Positions 26,665 to 35,843 of a stretch of DNA of 64,000 nucleotides are shown here, in pieces. How positions within the stretch are numbered: the stretch's first letter is position 1; each line of letters starts with the position of its first letter. Position numbers and translations under genes: made by a program. Under the pieces are notes generated by a model. The model was not told the origin of the DNA. It saw nothing but the letters and a program-made list of their open reading frames with translations, and searched no databases. Where the stretch lies: positions 76-64,075 of the IMG/VR virus record IMGVR_UViG_3300028831_000505; one strand, written 5' to 3'. This stretch comes from a virus. Taxonomy: Duplodnaviria > Caudoviricetes.

Positions 26665-28522
26665 CTTTGATGGCATAGTGATTGAGAACTTCCGCTCCTT
26701 TGCGGGCGTTCACAAATTTGATTTCCCCAAAGAGCCCGGCCTTTACCAGATGACCGGGGTAAACGAGCGTGCCCCACGGCTGGGCGCCAACGGGGTAGGG
26801 AAGACCTCATTCATCGACGCCATTTGCTGGGTCCTGTTTGGCCGCACCACCCGCTACCTGCGGGGCGCTGACGTGGTGACGTGGGGCGCCCGCAAATGTG
26901 CCGTGACGCTGCGGATGCGGGTAGGGAGTAAAACCCTCACCGTGAAGCGGACGCATGGCCCTATCAGCCTCACAGTGACAGACAAGGCCGGTGCGCGGCA
27001 GGTTGAGCAGCATGAGTTGGACGGCCTGATCCGGCTTAGCCAAAAGGCCTTTCTCCTTTCGGTCATCCTTCCCCAGTTTGGTGACTCGTTTTTTGACCTG
27101 GGGGCTACCGACAAGCTCAACCTGTTCTCCGACGTGGCCAACCTTGAGCATTGGGTAGCCCTCAGCAAGAAGGCGGACACCGCTGCCCTATCCTTGGCCG
27201 GCGACATTGGCTCCCTCGACATCGAGATTGAACGCGCGGATGAGCGCCTCAACGTTCTTGCGGCGGATATCACTGACCTGACCCAACGCTCGCGTGGCTT
27301 TGGCCGTGAACAGGACGAGCGCATTGGCAGCGCCCGCGCGGCGCTTAGCCTTGCAGACCAGCAACTCGAACGCTCCAAAGAGAACCTCGAGGCCGTCACT
27401 ACAGCCCTTGTGGAGTTGGATGGAAAGATAGCCGAATATGCCGCGGGTCTCGGTGAAGCTGAGGAAGACTTGGCGCAGGCTACCACCGCACGTACCGCTG
27501 TGGTGGATAAGATAGCTGGTTTGGACAGTGATTTGAAAGAACTTGTCCAATACATGGACGACGTCCGCGCCCTGAAAGCTATCTGCCCCACCTGCCACCA
27601 ACAGGTTGACGCCCGGCACGTCAGGTCCCTCCTTGCAAAAGCCGACAGGGATATAGAGAAGATCGAAAAGGGCATTGCTGCCCTGAGCCCACAGGCCGAG
27701 ACGCTGGCCGGGGAGCTACGGCAAATAGCCGCTGATCGCCAAACGCTCAAGGTTGCTTTGGAGGGTTTCCAACGCAGCCGCTCGAACCTTACAATCGAGA
27801 AGGGAAGGCTCGAGTCCGACGTGAACGGTTATTCTGGCACCGTCCGGGACCACGAGGAAAACATCAAAGCCATAAGGCGCGAGGCCAACCCCTATACTCA
27901 GATGATTGGCACAAAGCGCGCTGAGATTGGTGAACTCGAAGACTTATTGGTTGAGGCGCGGGCCGAGCTGGCGCGGCTGAACCGCAAGCATGACGCGGTA
28001 ACCTATTGGGTCGGCGGCTTCAAGCGGGTGCGGCTGTTCGTGATAGAGCGCGCCCTCAAAACCCTGGAAGTCGAGATCAACAATCACCTGACCGAACTGG
28101 GCTTGGTGGATTGGTCGGTAGAGCTGGACGTTGAGCGTGAGAACCAAAAGGGTGGGGTCACCAAGGGCCTTGTGGTCCTAATCAAGGGGCCGGGTAACGA
28201 GAAGCCTGTAAAATGGGAAGCTTTCTCAGGCGGTGAGGTCCAGCGCCTGCGGCTGGCGGGTGATTTTGCCCTCAGCAACCTCATCCTCGAGCAGGCCGGG
28301 CTCAACAGCAAAATTGAGTTCCACGACGAGCCCAGCGAGCACCTGAGCCGTGAGGGCCTGAATGATCTTGTGGAGGCGCTGTACGAGCGCGCCATGAATA
28401 CTGGCAAGCAGATTTGGCTGGTTGACCACAGCGTTATTGACTATGGGGAATTTGCCGGCAAGTTGCTGGTCATTAAGGACAAGGCCGGCTCACACCTGCG
28501 TTATGACGAGGGGCTGAAATGA
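26657..28522 (+). CDS. sbcC: SbcC/Rad50-like (T4 gp46-like) ABC ATPase
   Basis: ENFRSF, GANGVGKTS, coiled coil with CPTC zinc hook, signature FSGGE, HDEP, VDH. Confidence 0.92.
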   Translation: MLDFDGIVIENFRSFAGVHKFDFPKEPGLYQMTGVNERAPRLGANGVGKTSFIDAICWVLFGRTTRYLRGADVVTWGARKCAVTLRMRVGSKTLTVKRTHGPISLTVTDKAGARQVEQHELDGLIRLSQKAFLLSVILPQFGDSFFDLGATDKLNLFSDVANLEHWVALSKKADTAALSLAGDIGSLDIEIERADERLNVLAADITDLTQRSRGFGREQDERIGSARAALSLADQQLERSKENLEAVTTALVELDGKIAEYAAGLGEAEEDLAQATTARTAVVDKIAGLDSDLKELVQYMDDVRALKAICPTCHQQVDARHVRSLLAKADRDIEKIEKGIAALSPQAETLAGELRQIAADRQTLKVALEGFQRSRSNLTIEKGRLESDVNGYSGTVRDHEENIKAIRREANPYTQMIGTKRAEIGELEDLLVEARAELARLNRKHDAVTYWVGGFKRVRLFVIERALKTLEVEINNHLTELGLVDWSVELDVERENQKGGVTKGLVVLIKGPGNEKPVKWEAFSGGEVQRLRLAGDFALSNLILEQAGLNSKIEFHDEPSEHLSREGLNDLVEALYERAMNTGKQIWLVDHSVIDYGEFAGKLLVIKDKAGSHLRYDEGLK

Positions 28523-28899
28523 CCGAAAAGATTGTGCTCTATTTTGGTTGCCGCGATGGGATTGGTCACTACCTGCAAACCGAGAGCGCGACAATTTGGG
28601 GGGTGCCGCATGGTATTGGTTTTCCATGGAACCTGGGTCATCTAGACGGCGGCCTCTTAAAAAACGGAAATCATCCGGATGTCTACGATGGCCGAGTCTT
28701 TTGGACCTGTGGCGGGACCCCACTCTGGCTGGCATTCTTTTGGTGGGATAATTCAGTTGACCACCGAAGTGGATCAAACTCTGGTTTCTATATTCGTGGG
28801 TTTGATGTCGTTGGAAGACAGGTGGCACTGGATTATGCCGGTACGGTCTTCCCCAAGGTAGTGGCCCGGCAGCGCTACCCCTTGGCGCTCCAGCCGTAA
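28519..28899 (+). CDS. hypothetical protein
   Basis: ATGA overlap; last gene of the + strand module. Confidence 0.6.
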   Translation: MTEKIVLYFGCRDGIGHYLQTESATIWGVPHGIGFPWNLGHLDGGLLKNGNHPDVYDGRVFWTCGGTPLWLAFFWWDNSVDHRSGSNSGFYIRGFDVVGRQVALDYAGTVFPKVVARQRYPLALQP

Positions 28900-28906
28900 C
28901 CAAAAG

Positions 28907-29410
28907 CTACGGCAAGAAGTCCGTGTAGTAATGCACGGCAATGGGAACAATCACGGTGATCAACGCAACCACCGGCCAATACCAAACTTTCCAGCGTTTG
29001 CGTGAAAAGACGCGCATCAGGCAAAGCCCGCCGATCACTGCCACAAAGGCCGCAGTGCTGATAAATCCATCGTAGTAGGCCTGATAGGGGGAGAAGTCGA
29101 CGCCGTGGTTTTGTGCCCACAGCATGGACCAGGTCGGCAGAGCGCGGAAGCATGAACCAACCAAGTACACGAAGAACCCGATTGACATTTGGGTTCCAAG
29201 ATCGCGCCGCAAAAACGTGGTGAGAAATTTCCACGGAGACATGATGGTCTGCTTGAATGCTTCGCGAACTACCGAAATTAAATACACTGTCACGACAACC
29301 AGCATTCCAAAACTAACAAGGAACCATTGCCCGTTCGTTATCTCGCGCAATACGAGATTGAACTGGCCATCCCCGAGAAAGTCCTCAAGCGAGAATTTGC
29401 CGAACCTCAT
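28907..29410 (-). CDS. multi-pass membrane protein
   Basis: About four hydrophobic helices; MRFGKFSLEDF start. Confidence 0.6.
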   Translation of the reverse strand: MRFGKFSLEDFLGDGQFNLVLREITNGQWFLVSFGMLVVVTVYLISVVREAFKQTIMSPWKFLTTFLRRDLGTQMSIGFFVYLVGSCFRALPTWSMLWAQNHGVDFSPYQAYYDGFISTAAFVAVIGGLCLMRVFSRKRWKVWYWPVVALITVIVPIAVHYYTDFLP

Positions 29411-29660
29411 TGTCACTGACCTTGCCTTGGCGCAACCGCTCAGCCAATGCGGCGAAGGCATCCGAGCGGCGCTTCATGATTGATGCCGTGTGTACTAGGG
29501 ACGCAGCCTCATTGGATAGTGCGTGGGACGCCTCGCGCAGTTCCTCCGGTGCCGGGTTGTCACTCTTCCCCGGCGCAGTCACAACAATTGAGGGCGTTGG
29601 CGCCGCCAGGGGCGGCCGGGTGCCAAACAGATTCCGCAGTGGCCCTATATTCAGTCTCAT
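29385..29660 (-). CDS. hypothetical protein
   Basis: ATGA overlap with the upstream gene. Confidence 0.5.
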   Translation of the reverse strand: MRLNIGPLRNLFGTRPPLAAPTPSIVVTAPGKSDNPAPEELREASHALSNEAASLVHTASIMKRRSDAFAALAERLRQGKVSDNEVRQILA

Positions 29661-30055
29661 CTATCGACTTTGGTTTTTGCGGCCCGGTGCGTGTCGTCAC
29701 TCGTACCGCCAAAGCGCAAAAGAAGTAAGTCCCGAACAGCACTAATAATGTTCTGGGTAGCCCCGGTTGCAGTTACGTTCGCATTGACGGATGTGGTTGC
29801 GTCTGCGAGCGCCTTGATTACCCTCTCAAGAAGTTCCTTTTGCGATGCCTTGTTGGAGTCCTGCTCGGCTTTCAGCTCGGTACGCAGCTTGGCATTCTCA
29901 GCCTCGGCCTCGGAGCGCAGCCTGTTCACAAACCAGATGCCAAAGGCCAGGACCGCGATGACCCCGGTCCGCGTATCGATAAAAAAGTTCAACACCCACT
30001 TCAAGTCGAACGGGTCCACCTGAGCGAGAACAATTGCCGTAGCGTTGCCAAACAT
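29657..30055 (-). CDS. membrane-anchored coiled-coil protein (holin/spanin-like)
   Basis: One TM helix then coiled coil; GGAAGGGG RBS; lysis-region position. Confidence 0.55.
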   Translation of the reverse strand: MFGNATAIVLAQVDPFDLKWVLNFFIDTRTGVIAVLAFGIWFVNRLRSEAEAENAKLRTELKAEQDSNKASQKELLERVIKALADATTSVNANVTATGATQNIISAVRDLLLLRFGGTSDDTHRAAKTKVDR

Positions 30056-30134
30056 TCCCCTTCCCTAGCCCGGTTCGTGAACAGGGATTTCGTTAGCATG
30101 ACCCCGTCCAAATAACAACTCTCAACAGGTACCC

Positions 30135-30440
30135 ATGCGGCATGACAACAGCGCGGGTACTGGGAGGGGCCGCAACGCCCTAGAACTATTTGATATCCCC
30201 AGCAGCTATCGATGCCACTGGGTCTACGGCGACATCAGGCTCAAGACGGCCTACTGGTGTGGGCAGCCCGTAGCACAGCCGCTGAAAAGCGGGCACTGCG
30301 ATGGGCCATGGTGTGCGAAGCACCGAGCGGTAGTTTACCCACAGTCAGCCGGGGCGCCCCTCGCACCACGGGCGTCCAACCGTTTCAGGCTGGACGCCCG
30401 TGTGTATCCCAAAGTGAAAAGGAAGCGCTTCCGGCTTTAG
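30135..30440 (+). CDS. GcrA cell-cycle regulator C-terminal domain-like protein
   Basis: LELFDI...CHWVYGD...YWCGQP...GPWCAKHRAVVY matches the GcrA CTD pattern L..L....C.WP.GD....FCG......PYC..H...Y. Confidence 0.72.
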   Translation: MRHDNSAGTGRGRNALELFDIPSSYRCHWVYGDIRLKTAYWCGQPVAQPLKSGHCDGPWCAKHRAVVYPQSAGAPLAPRASNRFRLDARVYPKVKRKRFRL

Positions 30441-30871
30441 CCGGTCTTCTTGGGGTCAGCCGGCGGCTTCTTGCTGGGCAGCGGCTTCTTGCGGAAAAAG
30501 TCCTTGAACTTGTTCCATTTGCCGGGCTTCGGCGCCACGACAGGGGCCTTGCCCGTTGCCGGGGCTGGCGTGACCGTGGGTGCGTTTTGCGGTGCCGCCG
30601 CTGGGTCGGCCTGTACCGGGGCCGTTTGCTGTACGGCTGGCGGGCTCTGCTTGGTCTGACCGGGCAATTTGGGGTGAACGTACCCCGGCCTGAGCGCGCG
30701 GCGGCGTGGGGTTGCCGCAGGCGGTGTGGCCTGAGGCGCGGCCGTGGCCGCAGGCGCGACGCTGTACAGGGCCTTCTTCATTGCCGCCTCGAAGCTTGTG
30801 GCGTCATGGCCACAGCCCGCAACACACAGGGCCAGCACACAGGCCCCCAACACTGACATGATCCGTTTCAT
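30437..30871 (-). CDS. Pro/Ala-rich lipoprotein (possible o-spanin/u-spanin-like)
   Basis: Signal peptide MKRIMSVLGACVLALCVAG-C with lipobox. Confidence 0.6.
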   Translation of the reverse strand: MKRIMSVLGACVLALCVAGCGHDATSFEAAMKKALYSVAPAATAAPQATPPAATPRRRALRPGYVHPKLPGQTKQSPPAVQQTAPVQADPAAAPQNAPTVTPAPATGKAPVVAPKPGKWNKFKDFFRKKPLPSKKPPADPKKTG

Positions 30872-30881
30872 GGTGATCCCC

Positions 30882-31271
30882 TTACTTCTTTGCCGCGTAG
30901 GCTTTGCGCAAGTTGTCAAGCAGGTAGAAGCCCAGCACCGCCATGACGATCTTCCACAGGTTGTCGTCCAGCGCGTCGGTGTGCCCCTGCGTCCATTGGC
31001 CCAAAGCCTTATCGTAGATAAAGATTTTGGCCAGCAGGAACACAACCGGCAAAGCCAATCCTGCCCTCACAACTATATTCAGACGGGACTGTCCCGCCTC
31101 GGCAACCATCACCTGCTGTCTCATGCGCAGGATTTGAATGTTCTCGTCAGCCTGGATGCGCTCGGCGTCCGTGGTGGCGACAAGCTTCTTGTTTTGCCAT
31201 TCGATTATCCCGGTGGTGATAGCCTGCACCGGGTTGGCAATAGCCTTGATGAAACCAAAGATCTCGAACAT
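30882..31271 (-). CDS. putative holin (3TM/GTA-type)
   Basis: R..L.LP...KIFIYDK..G...TD.L....W.I...VLGFY pattern with TM helices. Confidence 0.6.
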   Translation of the reverse strand: MFEIFGFIKAIANPVQAITTGIIEWQNKKLVATTDAERIQADENIQILRMRQQVMVAEAGQSRLNIVVRAGLALPVVFLLAKIFIYDKALGQWTQGHTDALDDNLWKIVMAVLGFYLLDNLRKAYAAKK

Positions 31272-31283
31272 GGGCCGTCACCC

Positions 31284-31781
31284 TTAGCCGGGGGATTCCC
31301 CGGCGGCGGCCTTGCTCGAGATCAGTGCAGCGGCGGGCAGCGTGGGGTCGTTGCCGGGGGCCTTCTCGACCACAGCTTCGACCACGTCGACGTTGGTTTC
31401 TCCGACCGGCTGCGGGCTGATGCTCATGAGGAAGTTGGTGATCATCGCCGCGCCGCTGAGCACCAGCGGGATCAGGTACTGGAAGTCCGGCTGGATGAAC
31501 GGGGTGATGTCGTTGGCGCCGAGCCACGGCAGTACGGTGTCGTGGATGAAGGGCAGGGCGCCCGTCAAGCCCATCAAGTGCACCCACGTCTTGCGCTTGA
31601 GGCCGGAGGCGGTGACCCGTACCTTCGCCAGCCAGCCGGCTTCGGCCTCATCGAGGCGCTTGTAGATGCCGTCGAGGCCAAACTTGGTGCACCGGGCCGC
31701 CCACGGGCGCCAGATGAAGAAATAAAGATAGACGCCCACGCCGAGGGTGAGCAGGATGAGCAGGACGGTGGTGAGGTTCAT
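31284..31781 (-). CDS. membrane protein
   Basis: About three TM helices, AGGAAG RBS, high GC3. Confidence 0.6.
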   Translation of the reverse strand: MNLTTVLLILLTLGVGVYLYFFIWRPWAARCTKFGLDGIYKRLDEAEAGWLAKVRVTASGLKRKTWVHLMGLTGALPFIHDTVLPWLGANDITPFIQPDFQYLIPLVLSGAAMITNFLMSISPQPVGETNVDVVEAVVEKAPGNDPTLPAAALISSKAAAGESPG

Positions 31782-31858
31782 GGGGGTCTTCCTGTCTGCC
31801 TATGACTTGTCAATCTTGCAACCCTAATTCAACAAGGAACTAGAGTCCATACAGGGGC

Positions 31859-32272
31859 TCAACGCATGCCGCGCACAGCAAGGTAGGTGCTGATTATAGC
31901 AACAACGACAGTGATCACAAAGCCAACAAGAACCCTGACGTTTGTATAACCCTCGGCTTTGCCTGCGGCCAGTGTGAGGGCCTTTGCGGTGGAAACTGCG
32001 CCGGCCAAGACCTGGTCCTTGAAGCCTTCAAAGGTAGCCGTCTTGACAAAGTTGAGCCGGTCCTCGGCACTTGAGGACTGCCATGCTTTGAGCAGGTTAT
32101 TGTGCAGGTCGAACTTTTCCTTTATCCAGGACGCTTCCTTCTCAATGTGACGACGTTCTGCGTCCTGGAGAATCGCTTCCGACCTTTCTATGGCGTGACG
32201 TAGGATGTCCTCATACCGCTCGCGCAGTCTGGTGGTTTCGTTAAGATGCTTCTCGAGCGATATGGTAGCCAT
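31859..32272 (-). CDS. coiled-coil protein with C-terminal TM helix
   Basis: MATISLEKHL...VLVGFVITVVVAIISTYLAV. Confidence 0.55.
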   Translation of the reverse strand: MATISLEKHLNETTRLRERYEDILRHAIERSEAILQDAERRHIEKEASWIKEKFDLHNNLLKAWQSSSAEDRLNFVKTATFEGFKDQVLAGAVSTAKALTLAAGKAEGYTNVRVLVGFVITVVVAIISTYLAVRGMR

Positions 32273-32280
32273 TGTCGGGG

Positions 32281-32673
32281 TTATCCGAAGCCAAGTTGTG
32301 TGGCTATCGCTGCTGCCCGCGTCGACCCAAGCGCAGCCGTCAAGCCGGCCCACCCCTGAGCAAAGCCCTCCCCGGCCGTACTCACCGGCTTGTCGCCCTG
32401 CACGCGCAACCTGATCCACAACAGGCGAAGTGGGGTGCTGGCGGCCGTCGCCGTCTCAATTGCGACCAGGTCGTCGGCGGTCAGCAAATCGATCAGGTCG
32501 CGCGCGAGGAACGAAGGGGGCGATGCTTCCGGTGGCACATATGGCTCGGGCACATTGCCGGGTATTGCTGCCCATGCCTCGTAGTCGGCGCGGTCGCGGT
32601 TGGCAGGATCGTTGGGGATGTTGGCGCCATCGCTCTTGCGAATGACGATATCGGTTGCAGTGAGTTGATACAT
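32281..32673 (-). CDS. tail fibre assembly/chaperone-like protein
   Basis: [16 protein letters not shown]...GNVPEPY motif; directly follows the tail fibre gene. Confidence 0.7.
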   Translation of the reverse strand: MYQLTATDIVIRKSDGANIPNDPANRDRADYEAWAAIPGNVPEPYVPPEASPPSFLARDLIDLLTADDLVAIETATAASTPLRLLWIRLRVQGDKPVSTAGEGFAQGWAGLTAALGSTRAAAIATQLGFG

Positions 32674-34553
32674 TAGGGCCTCGCGTCTGCTTTGTATCCG
32701 TATGACACACCGTAGATACCCTCCTGATACATTCGGATCAATATTTTATCTTCGGCCACAAATACACCATTAGGCGTGACATTATTTGTTAATCCCGCGC
32801 CAAAATTCATTGTCGATACTTTGTTGGAAGTTCCAGCAACGTCGTAATAGGTAAGAGTGGGCGCCACACGCATTCGAGGCATAAGTCGATGGACTATACC
32901 AGCAACGCCGCCGGAATTGCTTCCACCCCACATCTGATTTACGAGTTTTGCAGTATCGCTAGTTCCATAATTGGTTCCGGGTGCATCGGCGTACTCGTAG
33001 CTTTTTTGGAAATACCGTTGACACAACATAAATTCCTGGGGATACGGACGCCGCGTGCCAAGCAAACGATGCAGCGCCTCGCCCGTGATCTGCGATGAAG
33101 CAGTCCACGGCAGCACCCCGACAGGAAACACATTGAAATAGGCGACCTGCACGAAGGCGTTGGTCGTGCCGCCCCAGTTCGTCATGGACGAGTGCGTGTA
33201 GAACTCACCTGCCGACCACGTATTGAGCGAAGTCACCTGATAGGTGGACCCCGCGATCACGCCGAGCGCCACGACCATCCCTACCGTATTGTCAGACGCC
33301 CACGTGCCGCTGGTGTCGCCGGGGATAACCTCGAAGATGACCGTAGGCGTGTTGGCGACGAGACTGACCTTGCGAACATAAGACCGATTGCTCGCACCGT
33401 TGACAACCGACAGCGGATAGTCACCCGTAACTGATACCTGCACGATGCCAATGATGACAATTGACCGAGCGTCGCCCGTCCCCCAGCCGAGTGGTCCGGT
33501 GTCACATCCTTCCAGTTTCGCCGAGTGCGGCGATGCAATATCTCCCGCGCTGTAGGAAGACTGCAAGGTCGTCGCAATGACCTTCGTCGACGCGCGCAAT
33601 CTCTTGAGGTCGGCCGTTCCTGAGAACGGCGTGAGGATTTGCTGCGCGGACAACACCAGCGCGCCAGCCGAGCCCTCGATGGCAAAGGCACCGTCTGCCG
33701 CATATATCCGGTTCGCACCAATCGCGGACATCAGCGTCGTGCCGTTCTCCTGGCTGATTTCACGGAATGGGTTGACGCACAGGCCGAGGTCTTGCCCGGC
33801 ATCAACCGACGCGGCGATGGTGTTCGCACGAGCCTGGTTTGCTTGTACGTCGCTCAACACAGCGGCCCGGCTGAACGGCACCAGCCCATAGGGCTTCACT
33901 ACATGGAGCGCCGATCCGTCGCACCAGACGATGCCGCCTTCACCCGGCAACAGAGAAATCGTGGTCGAGTCGTCGATCGTCTCCGAACTGTTCGGATCGA
34001 GCACCCACGTGCCGGTGCTGGTGTTCTTCACCACACACCACCAGCCATCCCCAAGGGTTGCAACAGCCGTAAAGGCCAGCGTGTGTGACCCTGACAGCAG
34101 GAACAGCGCGCCGCGATCAATAGCCACCGCCGTGTAATCGGCGCTCTTGCTAAGCGTCGCTTGCGCGATGTTGGCCTGTACCTGAGCCTTCTGTGTTGCA
34201 GAAAGGCTCAGCGCTGCGTCGTACAGAGTGGTGTCCTCAGCCGAGTGCAGGATGCGAATTGTCTGGTTGCCGCCAAGGCTCATCTTGGCAGTGCCCACAC
34301 TACCCGCTATCTTTGATAGCCGGGCGGTGGCTTGGCGGGTGACCATGCGAGTTGAGGCCGTGTAAACGCCCGACTGAATTTCCCAGTCATTTCCTTCTTC
34401 AATCAAGTAAGTGTAGGTTTTTCCATCCACTGCCCCGGCCTCGGCCTCAGTGACGTAGAGAATCGAGACGGCTGTGGTGAAATGCACAGGGCTGCCATTG
34501 CCCACTGTATCCGAAAAAGTCCGGACCCTGTTCAGGTTGCTGCTGGCGGTCAT
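32673..34553 (-). CDS. tail fibre / receptor-binding protein
   Basis: [13 protein letters not shown] repeats, [26 protein letters not shown] and MRVAPT motifs common in phage fibres. Confidence 0.8.
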   Translation of the reverse strand: MTASSNLNRVRTFSDTVGNGSPVHFTTAVSILYVTEAEAGAVDGKTYTYLIEEGNDWEIQSGVYTASTRMVTRQATARLSKIAGSVGTAKMSLGGNQTIRILHSAEDTTLYDAALSLSATQKAQVQANIAQATLSKSADYTAVAIDRGALFLLSGSHTLAFTAVATLGDGWWCVVKNTSTGTWVLDPNSSETIDDSTTISLLPGEGGIVWCDGSALHVVKPYGLVPFSRAAVLSDVQANQARANTIAASVDAGQDLGLCVNPFREISQENGTTLMSAIGANRIYAADGAFAIEGSAGALVLSAQQILTPFSGTADLKRLRASTKVIATTLQSSYSAGDIASPHSAKLEGCDTGPLGWGTGDARSIVIIGIVQVSVTGDYPLSVVNGASNRSYVRKVSLVANTPTVIFEVIPGDTSGTWASDNTVGMVVALGVIAGSTYQVTSLNTWSAGEFYTHSSMTNWGGTTNAFVQVAYFNVFPVGVLPWTASSQITGEALHRLLGTRRPYPQEFMLCQRYFQKSYEYADAPGTNYGTSDTAKLVNQMWGGSNSGGVAGIVHRLMPRMRVAPTLTYYDVAGTSNKVSTMNFGAGLTNNVTPNGVFVAEDKILIRMYQEGIYGVSYGYKADARP

Positions 34554-34560
34554 GTGGTCC

Positions 34561-35349
34561 TCACGTTGCTATCCAAATCGAAGTGACGCGCCGCTGACGT
34601 GCCGCAATCTCTGGCGCCGGCAGGCTGCTGGTTGACTGGGAGGCCGCGGGCCTGATCGCAGAACCCGAGGCAACCCTTGGAACAAACGAGTTCGTGAACG
34701 AAACTGATGGGATACGAACAGGTAGAGTCTCCGCCTTGCCCTCAGCCGTCGCAAACTCAGCCGTCGACGCTTCGCCTGTACCACCGCCAGTGCGCGGCAT
34801 GTTTACTAGATAATCACCTGTAATGCGAGCGCCGCTTGCGAGGCGGGGGGTGGGGCTGGTTGAAGCGCTTGTCGTTCCCGGAGCCGCGACAAGGCAGCCT
34901 ATGGCAATGCGGGAAGCAGGGTTGGTAGACGAACTGTTGCTGACCGGGGCGCTTATCCTTGAACCTGAGGCCAGCCGGGGCGTAGGGCTTGTTGTGGTGC
35001 TAGGGCTGTCCCCGGCCCGTACGTCTGCGCCTGCCGCAGGCCGTGGGGCTGGACTGGTCGACGTGCTGGCGCTGCCCCCAGCACGGACGTCTGCACCTGC
35101 CCCAAGGCGCGGCGCGGGGCTGGTTGAGGTTGAATTGCTCGCGTCCGCACGCACATCCGCGCCCGCGTCCACGCGCGGGGTGGGGCTCGTAGACGTACTA
35201 TTGCTGACCCCCGGAATGATATGCGCGGGGTTAAGCTGCGGCACCGGGTTGGTGGAAGTAGAGGCACTACCGGGGGCAAGAATGAGTACGCCGCCCTCAG
35301 GCCCGGCGGTATCGCGTTGACCAGTGCTGAAAATGCCGGTCGTCGACAT
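34561..35349 (-). CDS. Ser/Thr/Pro-rich 22-aa repeat protein (putative virion protein)
   Basis: Tandem PRL.AGADVRA..S.STSTSP(A/T) units; located in the tail module. Confidence 0.7.
   Translation of the reverse strand: MSTTGIFSTGQRDTAGPEGGVLILAPGSASTSTNPVPQLNPAHIIPGVSNSTSTSPTPRVDAGADVRADASNSTSTSPAPRLGAGADVRAGGSASTSTSPAPRPAAGADVRAGDSPSTTTSPTPRLASGSRISAPVSNSSSTNPASRIAIGCLVAAPGTTSASTSPTPRLASGARITGDYLVNMPRTGGGTGEASTAEFATAEGKAETLPVRIPSVSFTNSFVPRVASGSAIRPAASQSTSSLPAPEIAARQRRVTSIWIAT
34820..35290 (-). repeat. degenerate 66-bp / 22-aa tandem repeat
   Basis: About seven units, e.g. PRVDAGADVRADASNSTSTSPA / PRLGAGADVRAGGSASTSTSPA / PRPAAGADVRAGDSPSTTTSPT. Confidence 0.8.
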
Positions 35350-35383
35350 CAGCTAGCCTTGATTAGGGCAGGCCAAGCCGTTG

Positions 35384-35821
35384 CTAGTTGACCAGCCAAA
35401 TTCCGCTTGCGTTCACCACATACAGGAAGTCGGTGTCCTGGCCGGCCGTCTCACCTTGGCCAAAGTCGATGTACCAGAGCGGAGCATCGTTGGCGTCGGT
35501 ATCGTCGTATATGACGGCCGCGTAGGCATTGGCAATGTCGCCCCCAGTCGCCGTCTTGCGAATGTCGTCGGCGTCCAGCATGGCTTGGTTGGTGTTGACA
35601 ATGGTGACGGCAACGTTCGCAAACGTTTCGCCCCCCTGCGTCCAACCGTTTCCGTAGACCTCCTTCGTGTGGCCGGCGCCGGCCACCGAGTTGAGGGCAG
35701 TGTGGGTAGCGACAAACGACGCGGTGTTGTTGAGCAGCATCAGCCGCAGGGTCGTCTTGGTGACCTCGCCGTTGATCCACTTCTTGTTCGTGTGATTGTA
35801 CTTGCTGACCGTGACGGCCAT
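35384..35821 (-). CDS. virion structural protein
   Basis: LRLMLL...EVYGNGWTQGG...DADD...AAVIYDDT...YIDFG; AAGGAAAGG RBS; high GC3. Confidence 0.7.
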   Translation of the reverse strand: MAVTVSKYNHTNKKWINGEVTKTTLRLMLLNNTASFVATHTALNSVAGAGHTKEVYGNGWTQGGETFANVAVTIVNTNQAMLDADDIRKTATGGDIANAYAAVIYDDTDANDAPLWYIDFGQGETAGQDTDFLYVVNASGIWLVN

Positions 35822-35843
35822 GGCTTGTTATCCTTTCCTTTTC

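Noticed and set aside
28020-28040. KRVRL in SbcC (and RRVRL in the TipJ N-terminus) as further RxRxRL copies
   Set aside because: They lie inside folded domains, not termini or linkers, and are probably coincidental
30744-31805. 353-aa + strand ORF
   Set aside because: Antisense to three - strand membrane genes that have RBSs; no motifs
34820-35290. 66-bp periodicity as a possible CRISPR array or DGR repeat
   Set aside because: The periodicity is at the protein level with divergent codons; no identical direct repeats, cas genes or reverse transcriptase were seen
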